Part shown: piece by piece, positions 1 through 12,154 of the stretch
How the letters are laid out: every line of letters starts with the position of its first letter
Position numbering within the stretch: position 1 is the first letter of the stretch
Assembly: GCA_004431415.1 (NCBI GenBank)
Contig: QPMI01000138.1
Location: 1 to 64,000 of the forward strand
Origin: Cyanophora paradoxa CCMP329
Lineage: Eukaryota > Plantae > Glaucophyta
Reading direction: 5' to 3'
Length of the DNA: 64,000 nt
Made by a program: the position numbers and the translations under genes
The notes under the pieces: generated by a model
The model's database searches: none
What the model was told of the DNA's origin: nothing
Seen by the model: only the letters and a program-made list of their open reading frames with translations

Positions 1-1154
1 GGGTGCACCGCGACGCGCGTGGACGGGCTGCGGGGTACGCGTTCAAGCTTCCGGAGGGGGGGGAGAGGAAGGGGGGTACCTGGGCGTGGACGGAGAAGGT
101 CTGGGAGTGCGTCCAGGTGGGGCGGGCCCACGGGGCCGGTGGGGAAGGGTACGGGGACTGGCGGGGGGTACGGCGAGTGGAGAAGTCGGAGGGCGCCTCG
201 TTGGGGGAGGAGGCGGGGCGGGGTGGCGGGGTACGGGCGGAGGCGGGCCGGGGCTCCCAGGAGGTCGCCTCGAACTGCGGCACGGTCTCGAACGCGGCCT
301 CGTCGCCGCTCGAGTCGTCCATTTCGTCCTGTACCCAGGCTGGGGCGGGCCGGGGAGGGGGAGACGCGGAGCGGACGGGGGTGGGGCTCAGGCGGCCCCG
401 CGGCGGCTCCGGGCGCGAGGGCGTCGAGGCCGGCGCGGCGCTTCCGTCGGCGGCTCGGCCGGCCGCGGCGCCGGGCTGGTCGGTTCGGGTCCGCCGGGCG
501 GCGTTCCTCGAGCTGCCGGCGCAACCCCTCCACCTCGCGCCTCAGCTCGTCGCCCTCGGCGCGCAGCCGCGCCACCTGAGGCGACGCGACGCCCCGTGAG
601 CCGCGCGCCGGTGCGGGGGCGGAGGCGGGGCCGGCGGGGGCGCAGGCGCGCCTCGAGGCGGAGGCGGACGCGCTCCTGGAGGCCGTCGTCCCACTGCTCC
701 GAGAGGAGCCGCAGCGCCGCGCGCACGGAGACGCGCTCGCGCGCCTCCTCCTCGCCCTCCTCCGCGCGCCCCGCGCCGCCGCGCTCGGGCGAGGCCGGGA
801 TGCCGTACGCGCGGAAGAAGCTCGCGTCCTGCAGCTGGCTCGTCGGGTCCTTCAGGTTCGACTCGAAGATGGCGACGGGCCGCGAGCGCTCGTCCACCGG
901 GTGCCTGCAGACCGGGCACGTCGCCTCCGACTTCCGGCGGCGCGGATCGTCAGCCGGCGCGTGTGCGTTGCATACTGCGCGGCGCGCACCCGCAGCCATT
1001 GCGCGAGGTGGGCCTGGCAGAAACTGCGGCGCGTTTAGAAGAACAGGCGCGCTGAGAGCTTTCGCGGAGCGGCGGCGTTCGCTCACCCGTGGCCGCACTG
1101 CGTCACGATGGGCTTCACGCAGCCCTCGTGGCAGATCTGGCAGATGAGCAGCAT
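1..1154 (-). CDS. RING finger - coiled coil - WD40 protein, probable E3 ligase (COP1/RFWD3/TRAF7-like architecture); 3' end runs off the window
   Basis: Manual splicing from the ATG at 1154 gives MLLICQICHEGCVKPIVTQCGH.FCQAHLAQWLR.SEATCPVCRHP (RING). A later exon reads VARLRAEGDELRREVEGLRRQLEER (coiled coil). At the window edge WTHSQTFSVHAQ/PVH..VAVHP resembles the start of a WD40 repeat (needs a 1-nt correction). Confidence 0.7.
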
Positions 1155-1632
1155 TCCTCCAGCGCCGCCAGGGCCGCGGTCGCGTGGCCGAGCGGTTATC
1201 CGTACAAAACAGGCCTCCCGCGGCCGCGTAGGATGGCGTGTCGCGCGAGGTGAGCGCGCCAACTTCGGCGGGGAGAACCCGGGGGGGAGTACACGAGTGC
1301 CCGACCGGGTCCTGACCCAGCGAAGCAGCGACGGCGGCTGGTCGACCTGAGCCCCTAGCTAAGCTTTCCCAGGCGTTCGTACGCGTCAGGAGTCGGGGCG
1401 CGGCGGGGTGGCGGCGATCGAGCTCGGCAGCTCGGAGGGAGCCATCTACGCGGCTGGGGTGCGCTTCTCTTACTACTCGAGAGCTGCGCATAGGCCCGGA
1501 TCGACGGCCGTCGCTGCGGAGCCGCGGTCGCCCCGCCATTCGCGCGGTGCAGCGGAGCCCACACAGCTGCAGGAGGCCCCAGCGCGCTGCAGCGCTCCTG
1601 CCTTAGAGCCTGCTTATAGCTTAGCTCGTTCG

Positions 1633-3004
1633 ATGGCGGACGGCGCGCCCTCGAGCTCGGGCTCCGAGGGCGGCGGCGGCGCGCACCGTTGCCCGCTCTG
1701 CGGCGGCCCCGGCCGCTTCTTCGCGACGGCGCACAAGAAGGACTACCACGAGTGCACGGTCTGCCGCCTGGCGTTCATGCTCCGTGCGTGCGCTCCCAGC
1801 CCGCGGCCGGGCTTCGTCTGTGGCTGGCGCCGCGCGCCGGCCGGGCAGCCGCAGCCACTCCGCACCCCCCTGCTGACGCGGCCACGTGCGCTCGCTCGCA
1901 GCCGCGTTCTTCGTCACGGAAGCCGCCGAAGTCGGTGCGGCGTCCGCGGCGCCGGGGGGCGACGAGCAGATCGCGGCGGGCGGCTCGCAGCTGACCGCTC
2001 GCGCGCTCAGCGAGGTACAAGGAGCACAACAACAACCCCGAGGACGCGGGGTACAGGTGCGGGGTAGATGCGCATCTCGGGGGCTCTCTTTCTACATGCG
2101 GCTCACTTCCCCCTCCCCGCAGAGACTTCCTCCTTCGCGCCTTCGCCCCCGTCGAGGGGCGCCTACCCCCCGGCGCCTCCATCATCGACTACGTGCGCCG
2201 CGCCCTGTACCCCTGCGCCTCCCGATGGCCCTGAGGCGCCGCCGGCAGGGGTCGGGGCCGGTGCCGGCCCTCGCGGCGATCCTGCGGGAGCGGGGGTACG
2301 CCGTCGAGACGTACGACAAGTACTTCGCCCCCGACGAGGCGGCCCTCGCACGCCAGTACGACCTCGTCCTCTGCACCGAGACCGCGGTCCGCGCACCGTA
2401 CCCCCCTCCCCTCATCCCCCCTCACCCCCCCCCCCCCCCCCCCCCCCCCCAAATGGATCCCCGCAGGAGCACTTCCAGGACCCCGCGAGAGGCGAGCGGG
2501 GGCGGGGGCGGGGGCGCCACCTCCCGCCCCCTCGCCTTCTGAACCCACGCCGCAGAGTGGGAGCGGCTGGCGGGGCTGCTGCGGCCGGGGGGTACGCTCT
2601 CCCTCATGACGGGCGTCCTCAACACCGACGCCGACGGCTTCAAGAAGTGGTGCGGGGTAGAAGCAGCCGGCGGCCCGGGGCGGGCCCCGGGCCAGCGTCC
2701 CGAGCCGTCCCGACGGCTCGCTCACTTGCCCCGCCCCCTCTTCGCAGGTGGTACATTCGGGACCCCACGCACGTCGTCTTCTACCGGTCCGAGAGCCCCC
2801 CTAGGCCTCCGCCTCTCCGCCTCACCTTGGCTCAGGCGGGAGACGCTGGAGTGGATCGCGCGGGGGCGCGGCTGGGCGGTGCAGTTCCTCGAGAAGAACG
2901 TCACCCTCTTCTCCTCCGGCTCCGGGGGGCAGGCGCAGACGCAGACGCAGGGGCAGGCGCAGGGGGATCCGGAGGGGCAGGGGGAGGGGCAGGGGCAGGG
3001 GTAG
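1633..3004 (+). CDS. Class I SAM-dependent methyltransferase with N-terminal CxxC/CxxC zinc ribbon (Methyltransf_23-like), multi-exon
   Basis: Spliced exons give CPLCGG..YHECTVCRL, YKEHNNNPEDAGYR, IIDY.GSGPVPALAAILRERGY..YDKYFAPD, YDLVLCTETAEHFQDP, LRPGGTL, FKKWWYIRDPTHVVFY. Confidence 0.85.
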
Positions 3005-3806
3005 GGGTAGCCCCCGATCGCTCCCCTGTTGCAGTTGCTGTATTAACAAGACTTGTCAGATGCACTAAAAGTATTCTCGGATACACTAATCGCGACTTTG
3101 ACAGCGGCGACGAGCGAGCTCGAGCTGCTTACTAAGGTACTGCGTACACTCTGAAGTTAGCTGCCGTTGCACTTGGATTCGGGACTAATCAAAAATATAA
3201 GGTTCACATCTCGAGCTCTGAACACTACTGAGCTTCTTGTGAGGAATCTCTAACGTAATCACTCTCGCTTCCGCAACTTTAGTCTCAAGCCACACGTGAG
3301 GGAGAAGAAGCCGCACGAAAGACTTAATCTGTAATGCAAATCTAAAAATCAAAGAAAACCATTCTAAGCATCATGGCATAGTGAATGGGGTCTTAAGCTT
3401 GAAGAGTACAACAACGATATATAAAGTTTGACTGGCACTGAATCATGATCGTCGGATGCGCAAACATATTGCAATTGAAAAAAAAGTTTGAGAAAGGATA
3501 TCGATTTATGCAGCGGCAGGACGATCTAAAGCGAAGAAAAAGAAACGTAAGCTACATAGACCTACTAAGTCATTGCATATAAAGAAAAAGTTTGAGATCC
3601 CCGAGCTTGCGAGGCCCTGAGGGATTCATCAAAGGAGTCAACGTTTAAAAGACTAAGAACTCGAATGGTGGAGAGCGCGATGGCCGCTTCTGCAGCAGCC
3701 CACCATCATGGAATGAAAGAAAAATCCACGTGCATGCTTGAGCGACATTTATGCAAGCTGCCGCCTAACTGCAAGGCAGGAAACTATAGCTAGTACTACC
3801 AGCATG

Positions 3807-6800
3807 TTACGCCCCGCGCAGCCGCGCCAGGCGCTCGATGATCTCCGCAAAGCCGGGCCGCGCCCTGCGCGGGGCCGCGCGACCCCCCGGTCGGACGGGG
3901 CGGGGCGGGGCGGTGCATGCGAGCCCGGGCGGCCGGCCGCGCGGGCGCGTATATACGTACCAGGGGTCGCGGCGGAGGCAGTCGAGGATGAGGCGGCTCA
4001 GCGCCTCCGGGCATCGCTCCGGGTCTGCGTCCGGCGGCGCCGCCGCGGTCAGCGCGAGCGAGCGCCCGCAGAGCATCTTTCTCCTTCTCCTCCGGCGCAC
4101 GGCCCCTGCCCTATCCTTTGGGGGCACAGCGCTAGCACACGGGCGGGGCCGCGCAGCGCGGCTCAGACGCCCTAGCCCCAGTTCCCTCCTCATTATCCTT
4201 GTGAAGAAGGGCGAAGCACACGGGCGGGGTCCGGTGGGGCGGCCTAAACGCTCTAGCCTAATTATATACTGCGACTTAAAAAAATTAAGCTAAGCAGGCT
4301 ATGATCCTGATCAGATCGCAATAAGCTTAGAAGGGCGGGGCGCACGGGATGGGTCCGGTGGGGCGGCCTAAACGGTCTAGCCTAATACGATTATGAAGAT
4401 TGAGCTTAGCAGGCTATGATCCCAATTAGATCCCAACATATAAGAAGGGCGGGGCGCACGGGAGGGGTCGGGGAGGGCGGCGTCGCCGCGGGCGACGCGC
4501 TTGGCGACCTCGAGGGGGGCCAGCGCGCCGTGCGGCACCTGCCCCGTCGCGCACTCCCTGCGCCCGCCGGGGCCCGCGCCCCGCCCCGTCAGCGCCCCCT
4601 CTCCGGCTTCTAGCTTCTAGCTTCTAGCTTTTACAGCTAGCCCCTGCCCATGGATTCTCTGGCGGGAGAGGGCCGGGCGGATGAGGGCGGACCAGAGGAC
4701 GACGCCGAAGGAGTAGACGTCGAAGCGCGAGGCGGCGTCCCGCAGCGGCCCCGCCCCCGGCGCCGTCAGCACCTCCGGCGCCGCGTACCTTTGGGAGGCG
4801 TCGGAGGGGGAGAGTGGGGGGGCAGGTGGAGTACCGCACCGCGTGTGGCCGTGCGGCGACGTCAGCTCCCCCTCTAGGTCGACCGACTCCGAGAGGCCGA
4901 AGTCTGCGCCGGGCCGGGGTGCGCGTCGGCGCCGGGCAGCGTGAAAGGGGCCCGCGGGGGCTCGAACCGGCGATCTTGACCTGGCCGTCGACGTCGAAGA
5001 AGAGGTTCGCGGGGCGCATGTCCCTGCGAACGAAGGGAGGGGACCGAACGTGAGCGCCGGCGAGCGAACGACGAAGGCGAAAACAAAGGGGGGGAGGGTG
5101 GCTCGCCGGTGGGGGTAGCCGCTCATGCGGAGGTAGTGGAGGCCCGTGGCGACGGTGTGGGCGAGGGCGAGGGTCTCCCGCAGAGGCAACGGGCCCCCGC
5201 CCGGCCCGTGGATCCTCCGCACCAGCGAGCCCCCGGGGAGGTACCTGCCGGCCGCCCGCTCAGCCTCCGCCCTAAGCTCAAACAAACTAAAACTAGAACG
5301 GACTCGTTGACGATGAAGAGGCTCGGGGGCTGTATGGAGGCTCCCATGAAGAGCACCAGCGACGGGTGCCGCAGCATGCTGCGCGCCGGGCCGAGCCTGA
5401 GGCTGGGGGGCGGGGGGGGGGGTACGGGGCGCACTGGAGGGCGGCCACCTCGCACCGAAACTGCTCGAGGGCCTCCTCCGTCTGAATCGTCCGGATCTGG
5501 GGGGTGGGGGGAGGTGAGGGGGGGTACAGGAGAGGAAGGGGGGTACGACACCATGCGGACGACGACGGCGTTGGTGCGCCAGCGCCCGCGGTACACGTCC
5601 GCGTACGCCCCGTCCCCGATGTGCTCCAGGATCTGTTGGAGGGGATCGTTTGGGGGTGGGGGTACATGTAGGGCGCTGCGCGGGGAGGGGCACCTCGAGG
5701 CCGTCGATGCCGAGGGCGAGGTGGGGCATGGGGTCCCCGGTAAAGGCGGGGGAGGCGAGGGGGCAGGGCCCCGCGGGGAAGCCTGGGATGCCCACGAGCG
5801 GCGGCGGGCCCGGCGCCGGCAGTGGCGGCGGCCGCGGCGGCGCGGCGGCGGCGTTGGAGGGGTCATCGCGGCTGCTGTGGCGAGAGCCGGAGCGGGAGCG
5901 CGAGCGGCCGCCGGCGCCGGCGCCCCCGCGGCGCTCGGGCGGCGCGCGCCGGTGGCCAGCTCGTAGCTGCGCCGCCGCCGCTCCTTCTCGAACGAGCGCC
6001 GCCGCGGCGGCAGCGGCCACGGGGCGGCGCGTCCAGCGCTGGGTCCGGAGGCTGCCGCGGCGCGGGCTGCGCGCCGCCCGGCGCTGGCGACGGCCGGCAT
6101 GCTCCGCGGCGGTTTCCGAAGCCAAACCCGGGCGGGGCGCCGGCAACCATCGAGAGCGAGGCCCGTCGGCGGGGCCGGGCGGCGTGGCCGGCGGGGAGGG
6201 CCCGGGCCCCGCCCCCGCCTCCGCCTCGCGCTCCCGCGCGGCCTCGACGAGCTGCGCGAGGAGGGAGGCCGGCGGGGCCAGCGCCGCCAGCGCGGGGCTC
6301 CCCACCGGGCTCGCCTCCGGGCCCTCCATCGCCGCCGGCGCCCAGGCCGCGCCGTCTAGGCGAGCGAGGGCACCGCCCCACCGCCTGCCCCAGGCCCGCT
6401 GATCATGAGCAGGGGCGTCTGGGGGGCGGACCGGCGCCCGGGCCCCGCCGCCGCGCCGCCGCCCCCCGGGCGGAACCGAAGCGAGGGGGAAGGATCCGGG
6501 CGCCTGGGACCAGGGCGTCAGAGGGGTACCGAGGGCCGCGGTGCGAGGCGAACCGGGGGAGAGAGCCGGAAGGGGCGGCGGGGGAGGCCTGGGGCGCAGT
6601 GAGGCGGGGCGGGGCGGGGCGGGCGGGGCGCTGGCGGGCGGGGCGCACGGCATGCGGCGGGACGGGTACGGCCTCTGAGCCGCTCTCCGACTCGCGCTCG
6701 CGGCCCTCCGCGATGGACGCCATCGCCGCGCCCGCGCCCTGCCGGGGAGGGGGGGGGAGGGAGGGAGGGCCGCTCAGGAGGGCCGGAGAGGGGGCCCTGG

Positions 6801-8177
6801 GGAGGGGGTCGGGCCGCCCACCTCGCCGCCGCTGCTGCTCCAGCCCTCGGCCTCGGCCCCGCTGCTCGCCTCCTCCTCCTCCTCGTCGTACTCGTCCTCC
6901 TCATCTTCGTCGTCTCCCCTCTCCTCGAACAGCATCTGCGGGCGGGGCGAGCCGGTCGGACGCACAGCGGGGCGGAGCCGGGCGGGGCGGGCGGGGCGGG
7001 GGCGGACGGTGGCGAGGGCGGCGGGGCGGCGGGCGAGGCACTGGGAGAGGCGCTTGGAGAAGGCGGCGAGGAAGCGGCGCTCGGGGCCCGACCACTCCCG
7101 CCCGGCTCCGCCCTCGAGGGCCACCACGGCTCCGTAGAGCACGCCCCCGTGCCAGAGCTGCCCCCGCGGTTCCGGTTAGGCTGGATCAATTGTCGAATCC
7201 AAAGCCGCCGACGGGCGGGGCCGGGCGGGGCCGGGCGGGGCCGGGCCGCGTCGGCGCGGGATCTTTCGGGGGCTGGCTGGGACTCGGCGCGCGGTGGCGG
7301 ACGCACGGACCTTGCACGCGATGCCGCTGGAGGCGGAGTGGTCGGCGAGGTACGCGGCCCACTCGCCGCCCGAGCCCGAGCCCGAGCCCGAGCCCGGGGC
7401 CCCGGGGGATCCCCCGCGCCCCGCGGCGGCGAAGGCGACGGTGTGGCCGACGTCGGCGGCCAGCAGCGCGGCCACGGCCGGGCCCTGCGTGCCGCGCCGC
7501 TTTAATCTTCAGCCCGGCCCGCGCATCGAATCGCGATTTGATCCGAGCGAGCGCACTGCGGAGGGGGGGGCGTAGAGGGCGCCCCGCGAGGCCCCGGCGC
7601 GCCCCGGCGCCGAGTCGGCGTGGGCGCCGGCCGCGCCGCCTCTGTACTCCGCGACGCAGGCGAGGCGCATCGACCGCGCTGCCGGGCGGGGCGGTCAGCA
7701 TGGGACTAAGTTGGAAACGCCCGCTGGACTCCGGCCGCGGGACGCCCTGACGAGGCGCCGGCGCGCCGCCGAGCGCGCACCGGTGTCGAAAATATAGAGG
7801 ACGGCGCGGCTGCAGCGCAGGGCGTCTCCTGCCAGCGCGAGCGAGCGCCGCAGGCCCCCGGAGGCTGCGACGCGTACGCGTCAGCCGCGGCCGCGGCGGG
7901 GCCCGAGCGCGGCCGGGCCGGGCCGGGGGCGCGCCTGCAGGCGGAGGCGGAGCAGGCGTCGGCGAGGCACTCGGCGACGTGCTCCTGGCCTCGATGAGGT
8001 CCTCCGCGGCCGCCGAGCCGGCGGAGGCGCCGGCGAGAGCGAGGGCGAGGGCGCCGGCGGCGTGCGCGTGGCGGCGGGGCCCTCGTCGCCCGGCGGGGGG
8101 CTCAGCGCGCCCCTGCCGCCTCCGGCCTCCGCGCTGTTGAAGAGGCGGAGGAAGTCATGCAGGAGCGATGGCGCCAT
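3807..8177 (-). CDS. Tyrosine-kinase-like (Raf/MAP3K-like) protein kinase with long low-complexity N-terminus, multi-exon
   Basis: IGDGAYADVYRGRW, LRHPSLVLFMGA, EYLPGGSL, HRDMRPANL, KIADFGLS, YAAPE, DVYSFGVVLWECATGQVP, LILDCLRRDP..RPGFAEIIERL. The 5' start (8177, MAPSLLHDFLRLF) is uncertain; the ATG at 7701 is an alternative. Confidence 0.85.
4130..4470. repeat. Degenerate tandem repeat (about 4 units of 80-120 bp) in a kinase intron
   Basis: Recurring gaagggcg..gcac(a)cggg..gggtccggtggggcggcctaaacg.tctagcctaat near 4135, 4203, 4330 and 4444. Confidence 0.7.
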
Positions 8178-9409
8178 CGTGCGGCTGCCCGGGCTCCGGC
8201 GCCGGCGCGGCCGCGGCCGTAGCTGCAGCTGCGGTGCCGGTGCCTAGGCCTAGCGCTCCCGCGCGACCGGCAGCTTGGCGAGGGCCACGAGGCGCGTGCA
8301 AGTTGCAGGCTTGCTGCTGCCGCAAAGAAGCCTGCTCCAGCTCGCCGCGCCGAGCCACCTCCGCCGCTCGCCCAGTTGGAGCCCACTGAGCCCAGTTGGC
8401 GCAGAACGCACACGTGCCACCACAGTGGCACCACTGCCACGGCGCCGTGACGGCGGCCGCCGGCGAGTCCGCGGCGACTCCGCGCGCGAACAGCCTGCAG
8501 CGCGCCGACGTACGGTCTCGCGGCTCGAAGCTGCCGCGCCGACGCACCCTACGGTCTCGCGGGCCGTCGCGGGACTCGCGGCTCGCCGCCAATTTAAGTT
8601 TGCACTAGTACTGCCGCAATTGCAACTTGCGCCAACTTGCTGCAGGCAGCAGGCTGCATGCGTTGCGGCGAGGCTGCATCCTGGGATCCCTGGCATGATC
8701 CTGCTGCTATTGCACCGCCGGCGCCGGACGCTGCTCATTTCGTCGACGAGGAAAGTTCAACTTCGTGCGGCTGGCGCCCTTTCAGGTGGGCGGAGCCATG
8801 GGGTACGGCTCAACATGTGGGAAAGGGGTACATTGTGTCACAAAAAGGGGGTACGTAGCTGTGGAGGGGGGTGGAGGTGGTGGGGACTGAAACAGCTAGC
8901 GCTCCGAACGGCCGGTCGGAGCTCGAGGTGACACGGCTTCGAGTCTGTCACCGAGCAAATCGTCAAGTGCGCGCATTCTCTGCAGCGGTGCGCAATGCGC
9001 AATGCGCTTTTTAGCAATTGTAGCACCTAGCAGCCTGCAGCTGGGGGCCTGGGGCGCACGCCGCACGGCCGGCGCCGTGGTGCACGTGCACGTGTTCTAG
9101 ATCTGGCGGCGACTGGCGCTGTGGAAGCGCGCGGCTGCGGCTGGTAGTACTGGTGGGCAGTGGTGGGTCGTTGCACGTGCGTGCCCGGGAGACGGCGCTG
9201 GCTTCGGGCTCTCTGGATCATCGGATCTCTGAATTCCAATTGCAAGCGGCTACGCGGCACGCGGAGCGCGACGCGCGCGGGCCGGGCCGGCCGCGAGGCC
9301 GAGGTGACATTGGGCACTCATCCCAACGGGCGCGGCCAGGCCGGCCATGTGAGCCTGCCCGCCCCCGCGGCCGGCCCCACGCGCGCGGTACCGGTCGGCG
9401 CTTCTGCGC

Positions 9410-12116
9410 ATGCCCCGCCCAACCGGCATCGGCACCGCGCGGCGCAGGCCCGGCGCGGCGCAACGGGCGGCCTTCCTGTCGGGCCTGGCGCGGGAGGAGG
9501 CGGGGCGGGGCGGGGCCGGCGCGGATGAGCCGGCGGCGCCGGCCTCGCGCCGCCTCTTCGGCGCCGTCCTCCTCGCCGACATTGTCGGGTCCGAGCGCGC
9601 CGCGCCGCGCCGCGCCGCTCGGCCGTGGCGCCGCGCGCGCCGCGCGCTGAAGCTTCCACAGGAGCGTGCGGGCGGCGCGGGCGCTGCTGAAGGGCGGCGG
9701 CGGGCGGCGGCCGCGGCCGAGGGCCCGGCGCCGGCCGCCGCGCGCGGGCGGAGCTGCTCTCGCGCCGCCTCAACGCCGCGCTGCGGGACATCGTCGGCGT
9801 CGCCCGCGCGTGGGACGCCGGTCCGCACCTCCGCGCCCCTGCGGCCTGCGCCGGCGCCCCGTCAAACCCTCTGGCCCCGCCTGCGCGCGCAGACGTGCTT
9901 CGGTTCCTGGGCGACGCGGTGCTCCTGCTGGTGCCCTGCGCGGGCCGCGCGGAGCTGCCGGGCGCCTGCCGCCGGGCCCTCGGCGTCGCCTCGGCGCTCC
10001 TTCGGCCCCGCGAGCCCTCCGACGAAGTCCCGGAGCCCTTCCAGTGCGCCCCGCGGCGCCCCCGCGGCTCGGGACATTGTTCTGACGGCCCCCGCCAGGC
10101 TGCACGTGGCGGTGGCGGCGGGGCGGCTGGCGGCGCTCCGGCTGGGCGGGGTCGGGGGCAAGCTGGAGCTCGTCGTGCACGGGCGGCCCCTTGAGCGCAT
10201 CGCCCGCGGCATCGGCCTCGCCGGCCCCGGCGCCGTCTGCGTCGCCCCCGAGGCGCGCTCCCGCCCCGCCCCCTCCCCCACGTTTCCCTCCCCGCCTCAC
10301 TCCCCTCGGGCCAGGTGCTCGCGGCTGTCGGGGCCACCCCGCAGCCGGAGCCCCGCACCCGCCCCGGGTCGCGGGGCGCGGAGGGGTACGCCGTGCTGGA
10401 GGGGGGGTCGCCGGTGCTGGCGGCCGCCCTCGAGGGGGGCGAGGGGCCCGCTTCGTTCGCCTCGCCCCTCTCGCCCATCTCGGGCCCGGGGCTGCCGAGC
10501 ATGCCGCTGAGCCCGGGGCCCCCGGCCGCCGTCACGGCGGCGGCGTCGCTCCTCCCGCTCTCAGGGCCTGAGGCCCCGAGCCCGAGCCCCGCCCCCGACG
10601 GGGGTACCGGCCCGGACGACGCGAGCCTGCGGCCCTTCGTCCCGCGGGACGTCGAGTGGGTCCTCGAGAACGGCGGGTGCGCAGCGGGCGGGGGCGGGGC
10701 GCTGGGCAGAGGAAATCAAAGCTTGAGCGGGCTCTGATCTCCGAGCCCTGCACAGGCGCTTCCTGACGGAGCTGCGGCTGATCACGGTGGCCTTCGTGCT
10801 GGTGGCGCCGCCCCGGGCCGCCCCGGGCGAAGACTCGGCCCGCGAAGACGACCCCCTCGACCCCGCGCGCCCCGCCCCGCCCGCCCCGCCCCGCCTCTCG
10901 TACGGTCCGGTCCGGTCTGAGGCGCGCGGGGCCGGGGCAGGAGGCGCTGCGGACGATGCAGCGGCGGGTGTGCGTGGTGCAGGAGGAGGCGGGGCGCGCC
11001 CGCGGCATCGTCAGGGCCTTCTTCCGCGACGACAAGGTCCGCCCCGCAAGGGAAGAAAGGAAGGAAGAGTCTAATGGAAGCTAGAACCCTGAAAACCCCG
11101 CGGACGCTCAAGCTGTATATAGCCCAAGAGTCTGCGTCGGCCGCCTGTGCGGCAGCTGACGCTGCCGTGGCCGCGCTTAACTCAGGCCTGGCTGGGCTAA
11201 TTATATCAGCCCATCCTAGAGCGATGCTGTATGAAGCTAAAGATAAAGAGCGCGATATCGGAAGCAGGCCAGCCAGGCTGACGCTCGCGCTCGGCCGCTG
11301 ACGCTGCGCAGGGCTTCGTGGGGCTGGTGACCTTCGGGCTGGCGGGGGCCCCCGGGGGCGGCGGCGCCGACGACCCCCTCCGCGCCGCCTCCTTCGCGGT
11401 GCCCCCTCCCCCTTCAAGGCCAGAGCGGGGCGGGGCGGCTGAGGCTGGGCAGGTGCACGTGCGGGACGCGTTCGGGGCCGAGGAGCTCGGCCCCGTCTCC
11501 GTCGGCCTCGCCACGGGCCGGTGCGCCCCGGGCCCGCGCCGCGCCGCCCCGAGAGACGGGGAGCCCGCCCGGCCGCCTTGCGGATCCCGATCCCGATTTC
11601 GAGCAGGGTCTTCTGCGGCCTGGTGGGCGACGAGCGCCCGGGCGGCCGCTGCGACTACACCGGTGCGCCCCCGCCTCCCGCCCCCCACCCCTCCCCTGCT
11701 TCACGGCATCCATTTACGGCTTTCTCATACGTGAACGAACGGCAGTTCTCGGGGACAGCGTGAACCTGGCGGCCAGGTTCGCAGGCCACGCTTCCGCCCC
11801 TTAAGCCTTCACTCAGCCGCTGACGGGCGTGCGCCCCGCAGGTTGATGGCCCTTGCCGGCGGCGCCGTGTGGGCGGACCGCGCCACGCAGGCGAGCGAAG
11901 CCGGGGCCCCGCCGAGCCGCCGGGCTGGGCTGAGCTGAGCGCCCCGTTCCTGCAGGAGGCGCTGGGTACGGCGTACGCGACGGAGGAGCTGCCGCCGCTC
12001 GCCATCAAGGGCTACGAGGGCTTCACCCGCGCCTTCGCCGTCCTGCGGCGCTCCCGCAGCGACAACAGCCTCGGAAGGTGCGCTCGCCTCGACGCTTCAA
12101 TCCGGGCCGAGCACCG

Positions 12117-12154
<38 letters not shown>

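Noticed and set aside
5822-7750. 642-aa plus-strand ORF and similar long Arg/Gly/Pro-rich ORFs (e.g. 35761-37173, 38661-40154, 44162-45469)
   Set aside because: Stop-poor antisense or off-frame shadows of GC-rich spliced genes, with no domain motifs.
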